NCBI GenBank assembly: GCA_964057225.1
Contig: OZ059899.1
Coordinates: forward strand, 17,546,001-17,610,000
DNA: 64,000 bases
DNA from: Auanema rhodensis
Taxonomy: Eukaryota > Animalia > Nematoda
Direction: 5' to 3'
Shown: one piece after another, positions 38,257 to 52,889 of the stretch
Numbering within the stretch: position 1 is the stretch's first letter
How the letters are laid out: each line of letters begins with the position of its first letter
Position numbers and translations under genes: made by a program
The notes under the pieces: model-generated
What the model was told of the DNA's origin: nothing
The model's input: the letters and a program-made list of their open reading frames with translations, nothing else
Databases searched by the model: none

Positions 38257-41200
38257 TCGATGCGGATTTTTAAGCTGCGTCGATCTGTGTTATCAGATTT
38301 GCGCTAGCTTAAAAATGCACCGAGATATCAACTGATATAAGTTCACACTTATATCCTCGATTTTCACCCTGAAAAATTGATTTTTTCGTTGAATAACATT
38401 GTCCATCGTCTTTGCCTTGAAAAAAGGAATCTAAAAACATCTACTTTTTGTGAAATTATTTTGAAATTTTCAGAGAAAATTTTTGTCAAAATGTTTTTGG
38501 AAGCAATGTTGAGTGTACATGGAAACTCAACATACACTAATGCATCTTTTTTCAAACGATCATAACTAATTTTTGTATCAAGCATTTCTCAATGTAGTAT
38601 AGTGCATTCGATGCGGATTTTTAAGCTGCGTCGATCTGTGTTATCAGATTTGCGCTATCTTTAAAATGCACCGAGATATCAACTGATATAAGTTTAAACA
38701 TATATCCTCGATTTTCACCCTGAAGAATTAATTTTTTTGTTGAATAACATTGTCCATCGTCTTCGCCTTAAAAAAGGAATCTAAAAACATCTACTTTTTG
38801 TGAAATTATTTTGAAATTTTCAGAGAAAATTTTTGTCAAAATGTTTTTGGAAGCAATGTTGAGTGTACATGGAAACTCAACATACACTAATGCATCATTT
38901 TTCAAACGATCATAACTAATTTTTGTATTGAGCGTTTCTCAATGTAGTATAGTGCATTCGAATCGGATTTTTAAGCTGCGTGGATCTGTGTTATCAGATT
39001 TGCGCTAGCTTAAAAATGCACCGAGATATCAACTGATATAAGTTCACACTTATATCCTCGATTTTCACCCTGAAAAATTGATTTTTTCGTTGAATAACAT
39101 TGTCCATCGTCTTTGCCTTGAAAAAAGGAATCTAAAAACATCTACTTTTTGTGAAATTATTTTGAAATTTTTCGGGAAAATTTTTGTCAAAATGTTTTTG
39201 GAAGCAATGTTGAGTGTACATGGAAACTCAACATACACTAATGCATCATTTTTCAAACGATCATAACTAATTTTTGTATTGAGCGTTTCTCAATGTAGTA
39301 TAGTGCATTCGATGCGGATTTTTAAACTGCGTCGATCTATGTTATCAGATTTGCGCTATCTTTAAAATGCACCGAGATATCAACTGTTATAAGTTCACAC
39401 TTATATCCTCGATTTTCACCCTGAAGAATTAATTTTTTTGTTTAATAACATTGTCCATCGTCTTTGCCTTGAAAAAAGAAATCTAAAAACATCTACTTTT
39501 TGTGAAATTATTTTGAAATTTTTCGGGAAAATTTTTGTCAAAATGTTTTTGGAAGCAATGTTGAGTGTACATGGAAACTCAACATACACTAATACATCAT
39601 TTTCTAAACGATCATAACTAATTTTTGTATTGAGGGTTTCTCAATGTAATATAGTGCATTCGATGCGGATTTTTAAGCTGCGTCGATCTGTGTTATCAGA
39701 TTTGCGCTAGCTTAAAAATGCACCGATATATCAACTGATATAAGTTCACACTTATATCCTCGATTTTCACCCTGAAGAATTAATTTTTTTGTTGAATAAC
39801 ATTGTCCATCGTCTTCGCCTTGAAAAAAGGAATCTAAAAACATCTACTTTTTGTGAAATTATTTTGAAATTTTTAGGGAAAATTTTTGTCAAAATGTTTT
39901 TGGAAGCAATGTTGAGTGTACATGGAAACTCAACATACACTAATACATCATTTTTCAAACGATCATAACTAATTTTTGTATTGAGGGTTTCTCAATGTAG
40001 TATATTGCATTCGATGCGGATTTTTAAGCTGCGTCGATCTGTGTTATCAGATTTGCGCTAGCTTAAAAAAGCACCGAGATATCAACTGATATAAGTTCAC
40101 ACTTATATCCTCGATTTTCACCCTGAAAAATTGATTTTTTCGTTGAATAACATTGTCCATCGTCTTTGCCTTGAAAAAAGGAATCTAAAAACATCTACTT
40201 TTTGTGAAATTATTTTGAAATTTTCAGAGAAAATTTTTGTCAAAATGTTTTTGGAAGCAATGTTGAGTGTACATGGAAACTCAACATACACTAATGCATC
40301 TTTTTTCAAACGATCATAACTAATTTTTGTATCAAGCATTTCTCAATGTAGTATAGTGCATTCGATGCGGATTTTTAAGCTGCGTCGATCTGTGTTATCA
40401 GATTTGCGCTATCTTTAAAATGCACCGAGATATCAACTGATATAAGTTTAAACTTATATCCTCGATTTTCACCCTGAAGAATTAATTTTTTTGTTGAATA
40501 ACATTGTCCATCGTCTTCGCCTTAAAAAAGGAATCTAAAAACATCTACTTTTTGTGAAATTATTTTGAAATTTTCAGAGAAAATTTTTGTCAAAATGTTT
40601 TTGGAAGCAATGTTGAGTGTACATGGAAACTCAACATACACTAATGCATCATTTTTCAAACGATCATAACTAATTTTTGTATTGAGCGTTTCTCAATGTA
40701 GTATAGTGCATTCGAATCGGATTTTTAAGCTGCGTGGATCTGTGTTATCAGATTTGCGCTAGCTTAAAAATGCACCGAGATATCAACTGATATAAGTTCA
40801 CACTTATATCCTCGATTTTCACCCTGAAAAATTGATTTTTTCGTTGAATAACATTGTCCATCGTCTTTGCCTTGAAAAAAGGAATCTAAAAACATCTACT
40901 TTTTGTGAAATTATTTTGAAATTTTCAGAGAAAATTTTTGTCAAAATGTTTTTGGAAGCAATGTTGAGTGTACATGGAAACTCAACATACACTAATGCAT
41001 CATTTTTCAAACGATCATAACTAATTTTTGTATTGAGCGTTTCTCAATGTAGTATAGTGCATTCGAATCGGATTTTTAAGCTGCGTGGATCTGTGTTATC
41101 AGATTTGCGCTAGCTTAAAAATGCACCGAGATATCAACTGATATAAGTTCACACTTATATCCTCGATTTTCACCCTGAAAAATTGATTTTTTCGTTGAAT

Positions 41201-41760
41201 AACATTGTCCATCGTCTTTGCCTTGAAAAAAGGAATCTAAAAACATCTACTTTTTGTGAAATTATTTTGAAATTTTTCGGGAAAATTTTTGTCAAAATGT
41301 TTTTGGAAGCAATGTTGAGTGTACATGGAAACTCAACATACACTAATGCATCATTTTTCAAACGATCATAACTAATTTTTGTATTGAGCGTTTCTCAATG
41401 TAGTATAGTGCATTCGATGCGGATTTTTAAACTGCGTCGATCTATGTTATCAGATTTGCGCTATCTTTAAAATGCACCGAGATATCAACTGTTATAAGTT
41501 CACACTTATATCCTCGATTTTCACCCTGAAGAATTAATTTTTTTGTTTAATAACATTGTCCATCGTCTTTGCCTTGAAAAAAGAAATCTAAAAACATCTA
41601 CTTTTTGTGAAATTATTTTGAAATTTTTCGGGAAAATTTTTGTCAAAATGTTTTTGGAAGCAATGTTGAGTGTACATGGAAACTCAACATACACTAATAC
41701 ATCATTTTCTAAACGATCATAACTAATTTTTGTATTAAGCGTTTCTCAATGTAGTATAGT
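38257..41760. repeat. 5-monomer higher-order repeat; second copy has one extra monomer and is partial
   Basis: GCATCTTTTT...GTATCAAGCAT monomer at 38364/40118 (1754 = 5x351-1). The TTTTAAACTGCG-bearing block recurs at offset 2105 (39065/41170). Confidence 0.82.
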
Positions 41761-44700
41761 GCATTCGATGCGGATTTTTAAGCTGCGTCGATCTGTGTTA
41801 TCAGATTTGCGCTAGCTTAAAAATGCACCGATATATCAACTGATATAAGTTCACACTTATATCCTCGATTTTCACCCTGAAGAATTAATTTTTTTGTTGA
41901 ATAACATTGTCCATCGTCTTCGCCTTGAAAAAAGGAATCTAAAAACATCTACTTTTCGCGAAATTATTTTGAAATTTTTAGGGAAAATTTTTGTCAAAAT
42001 GTTTTTGGAAGCAATGTTGAGTGTACATGGAAACTCAACATACACTAATACATCATTTTTTAAACGATCATAACTAATTTTTGTATTGAGGGTTTCTCAA
42101 TGTAGTATAGTGCATTCGAATCGGATTTTTAAACTGCGTCGATCTATGTTATCAGATTTGCGCTAGCTTGAAAATGCACCGAGATATCAACTGATATAAG
42201 TTCACACTTATATCCTCGATTTTCACCCTGAAAAATTGATTTTTTCGTTGAATAACACTATCCATCGTCTTTGCCTTGAAAAAAGGAATCTAAAAACATC
42301 TACTTTTTGTGAAATTATTTTGAAATTTTCAGGGAAAATTTTTGTCAAAATGTTTTTGGAAGCAATGTTGAGTGTACATGGAAACTCAACATACACTAAT
42401 GCATCATTTTTCAAACGATCATAACTAATTTTTGTATTAAGCGTTTTTCAATGTAGTATAGTGCATTCGATGCGGATTTTTAAGCTGCGTCGATCTGTGT
42501 TATCAGATTTGCGCTAGCTTAAAAATGCACCGAGATATCAACTGATATAAGTTTACACTTATATCCTCGATTTTCACCCTGGAGAATTAATTTTTTCGTT
42601 GAATAACATTGTCCATCGTCTTCGCCTTGAGAAAAGGAATCTAAAAACATCTACTTTTTGTGAAATTATTTTGAAATTTTTAGGGAAAATTTTTGTCAAA
42701 ATGTTTTTGGAAGCAATGTTGAGTGTACATGGAAACTCAACATACACTAATACATCATTTTTTAAACGATCATAACTAATTTTTGTATTGAGGGTTTCTC
42801 AATGTAGTATAGTGCATTCGATGCGGATTTTTAAGCTGCGTCGATCTGTGTTATCAGATTTGCGCTAGCTTAAAAATGCACCGAGATATCAACTGATATA
42901 AGTTCACACTTATATCCTCGATTTTCACCCTGAAAAATTGATTTTTTCGTTGAATAACATTGTCCATCGTCTTTGCCTTGAAAAAAGGAATCTAAAAACA
43001 TCTACTTTTTGTGAAATTATTTCGAAATTTTTAGGGAAAATTTTTGTCAAAATGTTTTTGAAAGCAATGTTGAGTGTACATGGAAACTCAACATACACTA
43101 ATACATCATTTTTTAAACGATCATAACTAATTTTTGTATTGAGGGTTTCTCAATGTAGTATAGTGCATTCGATGCGGATTTTTAAGCTGCGTCGATCTGT
43201 GTTATCAGATTTGCGCTAGCTTAAAAAAGCACCGAGATATCAACTGATATAAGTTCACACTTATATCCTCGATTTTCACCCTGAAAAATTGATTTTTTCG
43301 TTGAATAACATTGTCCATCGTCTTTGCCTTGAAAAAAGGAATCTAAAAACATCTACTTTTTGTGAAATTATTTCGAAATTTTTAGGGAAAATTTTTGTCA
43401 AAATGTTTTTGAAAGCAATGTTGAGTGTACATGGAAACTCAACATACACTAATACATCATTTTTTAAACGATCATAACTAATTTTTGTATTGAGGGTTTC
43501 TCAATGTAGTATAGTGCATTCGATGCGGATTTTTAAGCTGCGTCGATCTGTGTTATCAGATTTGCGCTAGCTTAAAAAAGCACCGAGATATCAACTGATA
43601 TAAGTTCACACTTATATCCTCGATTTTCACCCTGAAGAATTAATTTTTTTGTTGAATAACGATGTCCATCGTCTTCGCCTTGAAAAAAGGAATTTAAAAA
43701 CATCTACTTTTTGTGAAATTATTTCGAAATTTTTAGGGAAAATTTTTGTCAAAATGTTTTTGGAAGCAATGTTGAGTGTACATGGAAACTCAACATACAC
43801 TAATACATCATTTTTTAAACGATCATAACTAATTTTTGTATTGAGGGTTTCTCAATGTAGTATAGTGCATTCGATGCGGATTTTTAAGCTGCGTCGATCT
43901 GTGTTATCAGATTTGCGCTAGCTTAAAAATGCACCGAGATATCAACTGATATAAGTTCACACTTATATCCTCGATTTTCACCCTGAAAAATTGATTTTTT
44001 CGTTGAATAACATTGTCCATCGTCTTTGCCTTGAAAAAAGGAATCTAAAAACATCTACTTTTTGTGAAATTATTTTGAAATTTTCAGAGAAAATTTTTGT
44101 CAAAATGTTTTTGAAAGCAATGTTGAGTGTACATGGAAACTCAACATACACTAATGCATCATTTTTCAAACGATCATGACTAATTTTTGTATTGAGGGTT
44201 TCTCAATGTAGTATAGTGCATTCGATGCGGATTTTTAAGCTGCGTCGATCTGTGTTATCAGATTTGCGCTAGCTTGAAAATGCACCGAGATATCAACTGA
44301 TATAAGTTCACACTTATATCCTCGATTTTCACCCTGAAAAATTGATTTTTTCGTTGAATAACACTGTCCATCGTCTTTGCCTTGAAAAAAGGAATCTAAA
44401 AACATCTACTTTTTGTGAAATTATTTTGAAATTTTCAGGGAAAATTTTTGTCAAAATGTTTTTGGAAGCAATGTTGAGTGTACATGGAAACTCAACATAC
44501 ACTAATGCATCATTTTTCAAACGATCATAACTAATTTTTGTATTAAGCGTTTTTCAATGTAGTATAGTGCATTCGATGCGGATTTTTAAGCTGCGTCGAT
44601 CTGTGTTATCAGATTTGCGCTAGCTTAAAAATGCACCGAGATATCAACTGATATAAGTTCACACTTATATCCTCGATTTTCACCCTGAAAAATTGATTTT

Positions 44701-47700
44701 TTCGTTGAATAACATTGTCCATCGTCTTTGCCTTGAAAAAAGGAATCTAAAAACATCTACTTTTTGTGAAATTATTTCGAAATTTTTAGGGAAAATTTTT
44801 GTCAAAATGTTTTTGAAAGCAATGTTGAGTGTACATGGAAACTCAACATACACTAATACATCATTTTTTAAACGATCATAACTAATTTTTGTATTGAGGG
44901 TTTCTCAATGTAGTATAGTGCATTCGATGCGGATTTTTAAGCTGCGTCGATCTGTGTTATCAGATTTGCGCTAGCTTAAAAAAGCACCGAGATATCAACT
45001 GATATAAGTTCACACTTATATCCTCGATTTTCACCCTGAAGAATTAATTTTTTTGTTGAATAACGATGTCCATCGTCTTCGCCTTGAAAAAAGGAATTTA
45101 AAAACATCTACTTTTTGTGAAATTATTTCGAAATTTTTAGGGAAAATTTTTGTCAAAATGTTTTTGGAAGCAATGTTGAGTGTACATGGAAACTCAACAT
45201 ACACTAATACATCATTTTTTAAACGATCATAACTAATTTTTGTATTGAGGGTTTCTCAATGTAGTATAGTGCATTCGATGCGGATTTTTAAGCTGCGTCG
45301 ATCTGTGTTATCAGATTTGCGCTAGCTTAAAAATGCACCGAGATATCAACTGATATAAGTTCACACTTATATCCTCGATTTTCACCCTGAAAAATTGATT
45401 TTTTCGTTGAATAACATTGTCCATCGTCTTTGCCTTGAAAAAAGGAATCTAAAAACATCTACTTTTTGTGAAATTATTTCGAAATTTTTAGGGAAAATTT
45501 TTGTCAAAATGTTTTTGAAAGCAATGTTGAGTGTACATGGAAACTCAACATACACTAATACATCATTTTTTAAACGATCATAACTAATTTTTGTATTGAG
45601 GGTTTCTCAATGTAGTATAGTGCATTCGATGCGGATTTTTAAGCTGCGTCGATCTGTGTTATCAGATTTGCGCTAGCTTAAAAAAGCACCGAGATATCAA
45701 CTGATATAAGTTCACACTTATATCCTCGATTTTCACCCTGAAGAATTAATTTTTTTGTTGAATAACGATGTCCATCGTCTTCGCCTTGAAAAAAGGAATT
45801 TAAAAACATCTACTTTTTGTGAAATTATTTCGAAATTTTTAGGGAAAATTTTTGTCAAAATGTTTTTGGAAGCAATGTTGAGTGTACATGGAAACTCAAC
45901 ATACACTAATACATCATTTTTTAAACGATCATAACTAATTTTTGTATTGAGGGTTTCTCAATGTAGTATAGTGCATTCGATGCGGATTTTTAAGCTGCGT
46001 CGATCTGTGTTATCAGATTTGCGCTAGCTTAAAAAAGCACCGAGATATCAACTGATATAAGTTCACACTTATATCCTCGATTTTCACCCTGAAGAATTAA
46101 TTTTTTTGTTGAATAACATTGTCCATCGTCTTCGCCTTGAAAAAAGGAATCTAAAAACATCTACTTTTCGTGAAATTATTTCGAAATTTTTAGGTAAAAT
46201 TTTTGTCAAAATGTTTTTGAAAGCAATGTTGAGTGTACATGGAAACTCAACATACACTAATGCATCATTTTTCAAACGATCATGACTAATTTTTGTATTG
46301 AGGGTTTCTCAATGTAGTATAGTGCATTCGATGCGGATTTTTAAGCTGCGTCGATCTGTGTTATCAGATTTGCGCTAGCTTAAAAATGCACCGAGATATC
46401 AACTGATATAAGTTCACACTTATATCCTCGATTTTCACCCTGAAAAATTGATTTTTTCGTTGAATAACACTGTCCATCGTCTTTGCCTTGAAAAAAGGAA
46501 TCTAAAAACATCTACTTTTTGTGAAATTATTTTGAAATTTTTCGGGAAAATTTTTGTCAAAATGTTTTTGGAAGCAATGTTGAGTGTACATGGAAACTCA
46601 ACATACACTAATACATCATTTTCTAAACGATCATAACTAATTTTTGTATTAAGCGTTTTTCAATGTAATATAGTGCATTCGATGCGGATTTTTAAGCTGC
46701 GTCGATCTGTGTTATCAGATTTGCGCTAGCTTAAAAATGCACCGAGATATCAACTGATATAAGTTCACACTTATATCCTCGATTTTCACCCTGAAAAATT
46801 GATTTTTTCGTTGAATAACACTGTCCATCGTCTTTGCCTTGAAAAAAGGAATCTAAAAACATCTACTTTTTGTGAAATTATTTTGAAATATTCAGGGAAA
46901 ATTTTTGTCAAAATGTTTTTGGAAGCAATGTTGAGTGTACATGGAAACTCAACATACACTAATGCATCATTTTTCAAACGATCATAACTAATTTTTGTAT
47001 TAAGCGTTTTTCAATGTAGTATAGTGCATTCGATGCGGATTTTTAAGCTGCGTCGATCTGTGTTATCAGATTTGCGCTAGCTTAAAAATGCACCGATATA
47101 TCAACTGATATAAGTTCACACTTATATCCTCGATTTTCACCCTGAAGAATTAATTTTTTTGTTGAATAACATTGTCCATCGTCTTCGCCTTGGAAAAAGG
47201 AATCCAAAAACATCTACTTTTTGTGAAATTATTTTGAAATTTTTAGGGAAAATTTTTGTCAAAATGTTTTTGGAAGCAATGTTGAGTGTACATGGAAACT
47301 CAACATACACTAATACATCATTTTTTAAACGATCATAACTAATTTTTGTATTGAGGGTTTCTCAATGTAGTATAGTGCATTCGATGCGGATTTTTAAGCT
47401 GCGTCGATCTGTGTTATCAGATTTGCGCTAGCTTAAAAAAGCACCGAGATATCAACTGATATAAGTTCACACTTATATCCTCGAGTTTCACCCTGAAAAA
47501 TTGATTTTTTCGTTGAATAACATTGTCCATCGTCTTTGCCTTGAAAAAAGGAATCTAAAAACATCTACTTTTTGTAAAATTATTTTGAAATTTTTAGGTA
47601 AAATTTTTGTCAAAATGTTTTTTAAAGCAATGTTGAGTGTACATGGAAACTCAACATACACTAAGGCATCATTTTTCAAACGATCATAACTAATTTTTGT

Positions 47701-50700
47701 ATTGAGAGTTTCTCAATGTAGTATAGTGCATTCGATGCGGATTTTTAAGCTGCGTCGATCTGTGTTATCAGATTTGCGCTAGCTTAAAAAAGCACCGAGA
47801 TATCAACTGATATAAGTTCACACTTATATCCTCGAGTTTCACCCTGAAAAATTGATTTTTTCGTTGAATAACATTGTCCATCGTCTTTGCCTTGAAAAAA
47901 GGAATCTAAAAACATCTACTTTTTGTGAAATTATTTCGAAATTTTTAGGGAAAATTTTTGTCAAAATGTTTTTGAAAGCAATGTTGAGTGTACATGGAAA
48001 CTCAACATACACTAAGGCATCATTTTTCAAACGATCATAACTAATTTTTGTATTGAGGGTTTCTCAATGTAGTATAGTGCATTCGATGCGGATTTTTAAG
48101 CTGCGTCGATCTGTGTTATCAGATTTGCGCTAGCTTAAAAAAGCACCGAGATATCAACTGATATAAGTTCACACTTATATCCTCGATTTTCACCCTGAAG
48201 AATTAATTTTTTTGTTGAATAACGATGTCCATCGTCTTCGCCTTGAAAAAAGGAATCTAAAAACATCTACTTTTTGTGAAATTATTTCGAAATTTTTAGG
48301 GAAAATTTTTGTCAAAATGTTTTTGGAAGCAATGTTGAGTGTACATGGAAACTCAACATACACTAATGCATCATTTTTCAAACGATCATAACTAATTTTT
48401 GTATCAAGCGTTTCTCAATGTAGTATAGTGCATTCGATGCGGATTTTTAAGCTGCGTCGATCTGTGTTATCAGATTTGCGCTAGCTTAAAAAAGCACCGA
48501 GATATCAACTGATATAAGTTCACACTTATATCCTCGATTTTCACCCTGAAGAATTAATTTTTTTGTTGAATAACGATGTCCATCGTCTTCGCCTTGAAAA
48601 AAGGAATCTAAAAACATCTACTTTTTGTGAAATTATTTCGAAATTTTTAGGGAAAATTTTTGTCAAAATGTTTTTGGAAGCAATGTTGAGTGTACATGGA
48701 AACTCAACATACACTAATACATCATTTTTTAAACGATCATAACTAATTTTTGTATTGAGGGTTTCTCAATGTAGTATAGTGCATTCGATGCGGATTTTTA
48801 AGCTGCGTCGATCTGTGTTATCAGATTTGCGCTAGCTTAAAAAAGCACCGAGATATCAACTGATATAAGTTCACACTTATATCCTCGATTTTCACCCTGA
48901 AGAATTAATTTTTTTGTTGAATAACATTGTCCATCGTCTTCGCCTTGAAAAAAGGAATCTAAAAACATCTACTTTTCGTGAAATTATTTCGAAATTTTTA
49001 GGTAAAATTTTTGTCAAAATGTTTTTGAAAGCAATGTTGAGTGTACATGGAAACTCAACATACACTAATGCATCATTTTTCAAACGATCATAACTAATTT
49101 TTGTATTAAGCGTTTTTCAATGTAGTATAGTGCATTCGATGCGGATTTTTAAGCTGCGTCGATCTGTGTTATCAGATTTGCGCTAGCTTAAAAATGCACC
49201 GAGATATCAACTGATATAAGTTTACACTTATATCCTCGATTTTCACCCTGGAGAATTAATTTTTTCGTTGAATAACATTGTCCATCGTCTTCGCCTTGAA
49301 AAAAGGAATCTAAAAACATCTACTTTTCGTGAAATTATTTCGAAATTTTTAGGTAAAATTTTTGTCAAAATGTTTTTGAAAGCAATGTTGAGTGTACATG
49401 GAAACTCAACATACACTAATGCATCATTTTTCAAACGATCATGACTAATTTTTGTATTGAGGGTTTCTCAATGTAGTATAGTGCATTCGATGCGGATTTT
49501 TAAGCTGCGTCGATCTGTGTTATCAGATTTGCGCTAGCTTAAAAATGCACCGAGATATCAACTGATATAAGTTCACACTTATATCCTCGATTTTCACCCT
49601 GAAAAATTGATTTTTTCGTTGAATAACATTGTCCATCGTCTTTGCCTTGAAAAAAGGAATCTAAAAACAACTACTTTTTGTGAAATTATTACGAAATTTT
49701 TAGGGAAAATTTTTGTCAAAATGTTTTTGGAAGCAATGTTGAGTGTACATGGAAACTCAACATACACTAATGCATCATTTTTCAAACGATCATAACTAAT
49801 TTTTGTATTAAGCGTTTCTCAATGTTGTATAGTGCATTCGATGCGGATTTTTAAGCTGCGTCGATCTGTGTTATCAGATTTGCGCTAGCTTAAAAATGCA
49901 CCGAGATATCAACTGAAATAAGTTAACACATATATCCTCGATTTTCACCCTGAAGAATTAATTTTTTTGTTGAATAACATTGTCCATCGTCTTCACCTTG
50001 AAAAAAGGAATCTAAAAACATCTACTTTTTGTAAAATTATTTTGAAATTTTTAGGGAAACTTTTTGTCAAAATGTTTTTGGAAGCAATGTTGAGTGTACA
50101 TGGAAACTCAACATACACTAATGCATCTTTTTTCAAACGATCATAACTAATTTTTGTATTAAGCGTTTTTCAATGTAGTATAGTGCATTCGATGCGGATT
50201 TTTAAGCTGCGTCGATCTGTGTTATCAGGTTTGCGCTAGCTTAAAAATGCACCGAGATATCAACTGAAATAAGTTAACACATATATCCTCGATTTTCACC
50301 CTGAAGAATTAATTTTTTTGTTGAATAACATTGTCCATCGTCTTCGCCTTGAAAAAAGAAATCTAAAAACATTTACTTTTTGCGAAATTATCTTGAAATT
50401 TTTTGGAAAAATTTTTGTCAAAATGTTTTTGGAAGCAATGTTGAGTGTACATGGAAACTCAACATACACTAATGCATCATTTTTCAAACGATCATAACTA
50501 ATTTTTGTATCAAGCGTTTCTCAATGTAGTATAGTGCATTCGAATCGGATTTTTAAGCTGCGTCGATCTGTGTTATCAGATTTGCGCTAGCTTAAAAATG
50601 CACCGAGATATCAACTGAAATAAGTTAACACATATATCCTCGATTTTCACCCTGAAGAATTAATTTTTTTGTTGAATAACATTGTCCATCGTCTTCGCCT

Positions 50701-52889
50701 TGAAAAAAGGAATCTAAAAACATCTACTTTTTGTGAAATTATTTTGAAATTTTTAGGGAAAATTTTTGTCAAAATGTTTTTGGAAGCAATGTTGAGTGTA
50801 CATGGAAACTCAACATACACTAATACATCATTTTTTAAACGATCATAACTAATTTTTGTATTGAGGGTTTCTCAATGTAGTATAGTGCATTCGATGCGGA
50901 TTTTTAAGCTGCGTCGATCTGTGTTATCAGATTTGCGCTAGCTTAAAAAAGCACCGAGATATCAACTGATATAAGTTCACACTTATATCCTCGATTTTCA
51001 CCCTGAAAATTTGATTTTTTCGTTGAATAACATTGTCCATCGTCTTCGCCTTGAAAAAAGGAATCTAAAAACATCTACTTTTTGTGAAATTATTTTGAAA
51101 TTTTTAGGGAAAATTTTGGTCAAAATGTTTTTGGAAGCAATGTTGAGTGTACATGGAAACTCAACATACACTAATGCATCATTTTTCAAACGATCATAAC
51201 TAATTTTTGTATTAAGAGTTTCTCAATGTAGTATAGTGCATTCGATGCGGATTTTTAAGCTGCGTCGATCTGTGTTATCAGATTTGCGCTAGCTTAAAAA
51301 TGCACCGAGATATCAACTGATATAAGTTTACACTTATATCCTCGATTTTCACCCTGGAGAATCAATTTTTTCGTTGAATAACATTGTCCATCGTCTTCGC
51401 CTTGAAAAAAGGAATCTAAAAACATCTACTTTTTGTGAAATTATTTTGAAATTTTTAGGGAAAATTTTGGTCAAAATGTTTTTGGAAGCAATGTTGAGTG
51501 TACATGGAAACTCAACATACACTAATGCATCATTTTTCAAACGATCATGACTAATTTTTGTATTGAGGGTTTCTCAATGTAGTATAGTGCATTCGATGCG
51601 GATTTTTAAGCTGCGTCGATCTGTGTTATCAGATTTGCGCTAGCTTAAAAAAGCACCGAGATATCAACTGATATAAGTTCACACTTATATCCTCGATTTT
51701 CACCCTGAAGAATTAATTTTTTTGTTGAATAACATTGTCCATCGTCTTCGCCTTGAAAAAAGGAATCTAAAAACATCTACTTTTCGTGAAATTATTTCGA
51801 AATTTTTAGGTAAAATTTTTGTCAAAATGTTTTTGAAAGCAATGTTGAGTGTACATGGAAACTCAACATACACTAATGCATCATTTTTCAAACGATCATG
51901 ACTAATTTTTGTATTAAGCGTTTCTCAATGTAGTATAGTGCATTCGATGCGGATTTTTAAGCTGCGTCGATCTGTGTTATCAGATTTGCGCTAGCTTAAA
52001 AATGCACCGAGATATCAACTGATATAAGTTCACACTTATATCCTCGATTTTCACCCTGAAAAATTGATTTTTTCGTTGAATAACATTGTCCATCGTCTTT
52101 GCCTTGAAAAAAGGAATCTAAAAACAACTACTTTTTGTGAAATTATTACGAAATTTTTAGGGAAAATTTTTGTCAAAATGTTTTTGGAAGCAATGTTGAG
52201 TGTACATGGAAACTCAACATACACTAATGCATCATTTTTCAAACGATCATAACTAATTTTTGTATTGAGAGTTTCTCAATGTAGTATAGTGCATTCGATG
52301 CGGATTTTTAAGCTGCGTCGATCTGTGTTATCAGATTTGCGCTAGCTTAAAAATGCACCGAGATATCAACTGAAATAAGTTAACACATATATCCTCGATT
52401 TTCACCCTGAAGAATTAATTTTTTTGTTGAATAACATTGTCCATCGTCTTCACCTTGAAAAAAGGAATCTAAAAACATCTACTTTTTGTAAAATTATTTT
52501 GAAATTTTTAGGGAAACTTTTTGTCAAAATGTTTTTGGAAGCAATGTTGAGTGTACATGGAAACTCAACATACACTAATGCATCATTTTTCAAACGATCA
52601 TAACTACTTTTTGTATCAAGCGTTTCTCAATGTAGTATAGTGCATTCGAATCGGATTTTTAAGCTGCGTCGATCTGTGTTATCAGATTTCCGCTAGCTTA
52701 AAAATGCACCGAGATATCAACTGAAATAAGTTAACACATATATCCTCGATTTTCACCCTGAAGAATTAATTTTTTTGTTGAATAACATTGTCCATCGTCT
52801 TCGCCTTGAAAAAAGGAATCTAAAAACATCTACTTTTTGTGAAATTATTTTGAAATTTTTAGGGAAAATTTTTGTCAAAATGTTTTTGG

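Noticed and set aside
49905-49940. Compensatory mutations in hairpin 2 (GAAATAAGTTAACACATATATC; also GTTATAAG and CTTATAAT variants)
   Set aside because: The linked changes create two mismatches rather than restoring pairs. The potentially compensatory A>T and T>A alleles were seen only in different monomers.
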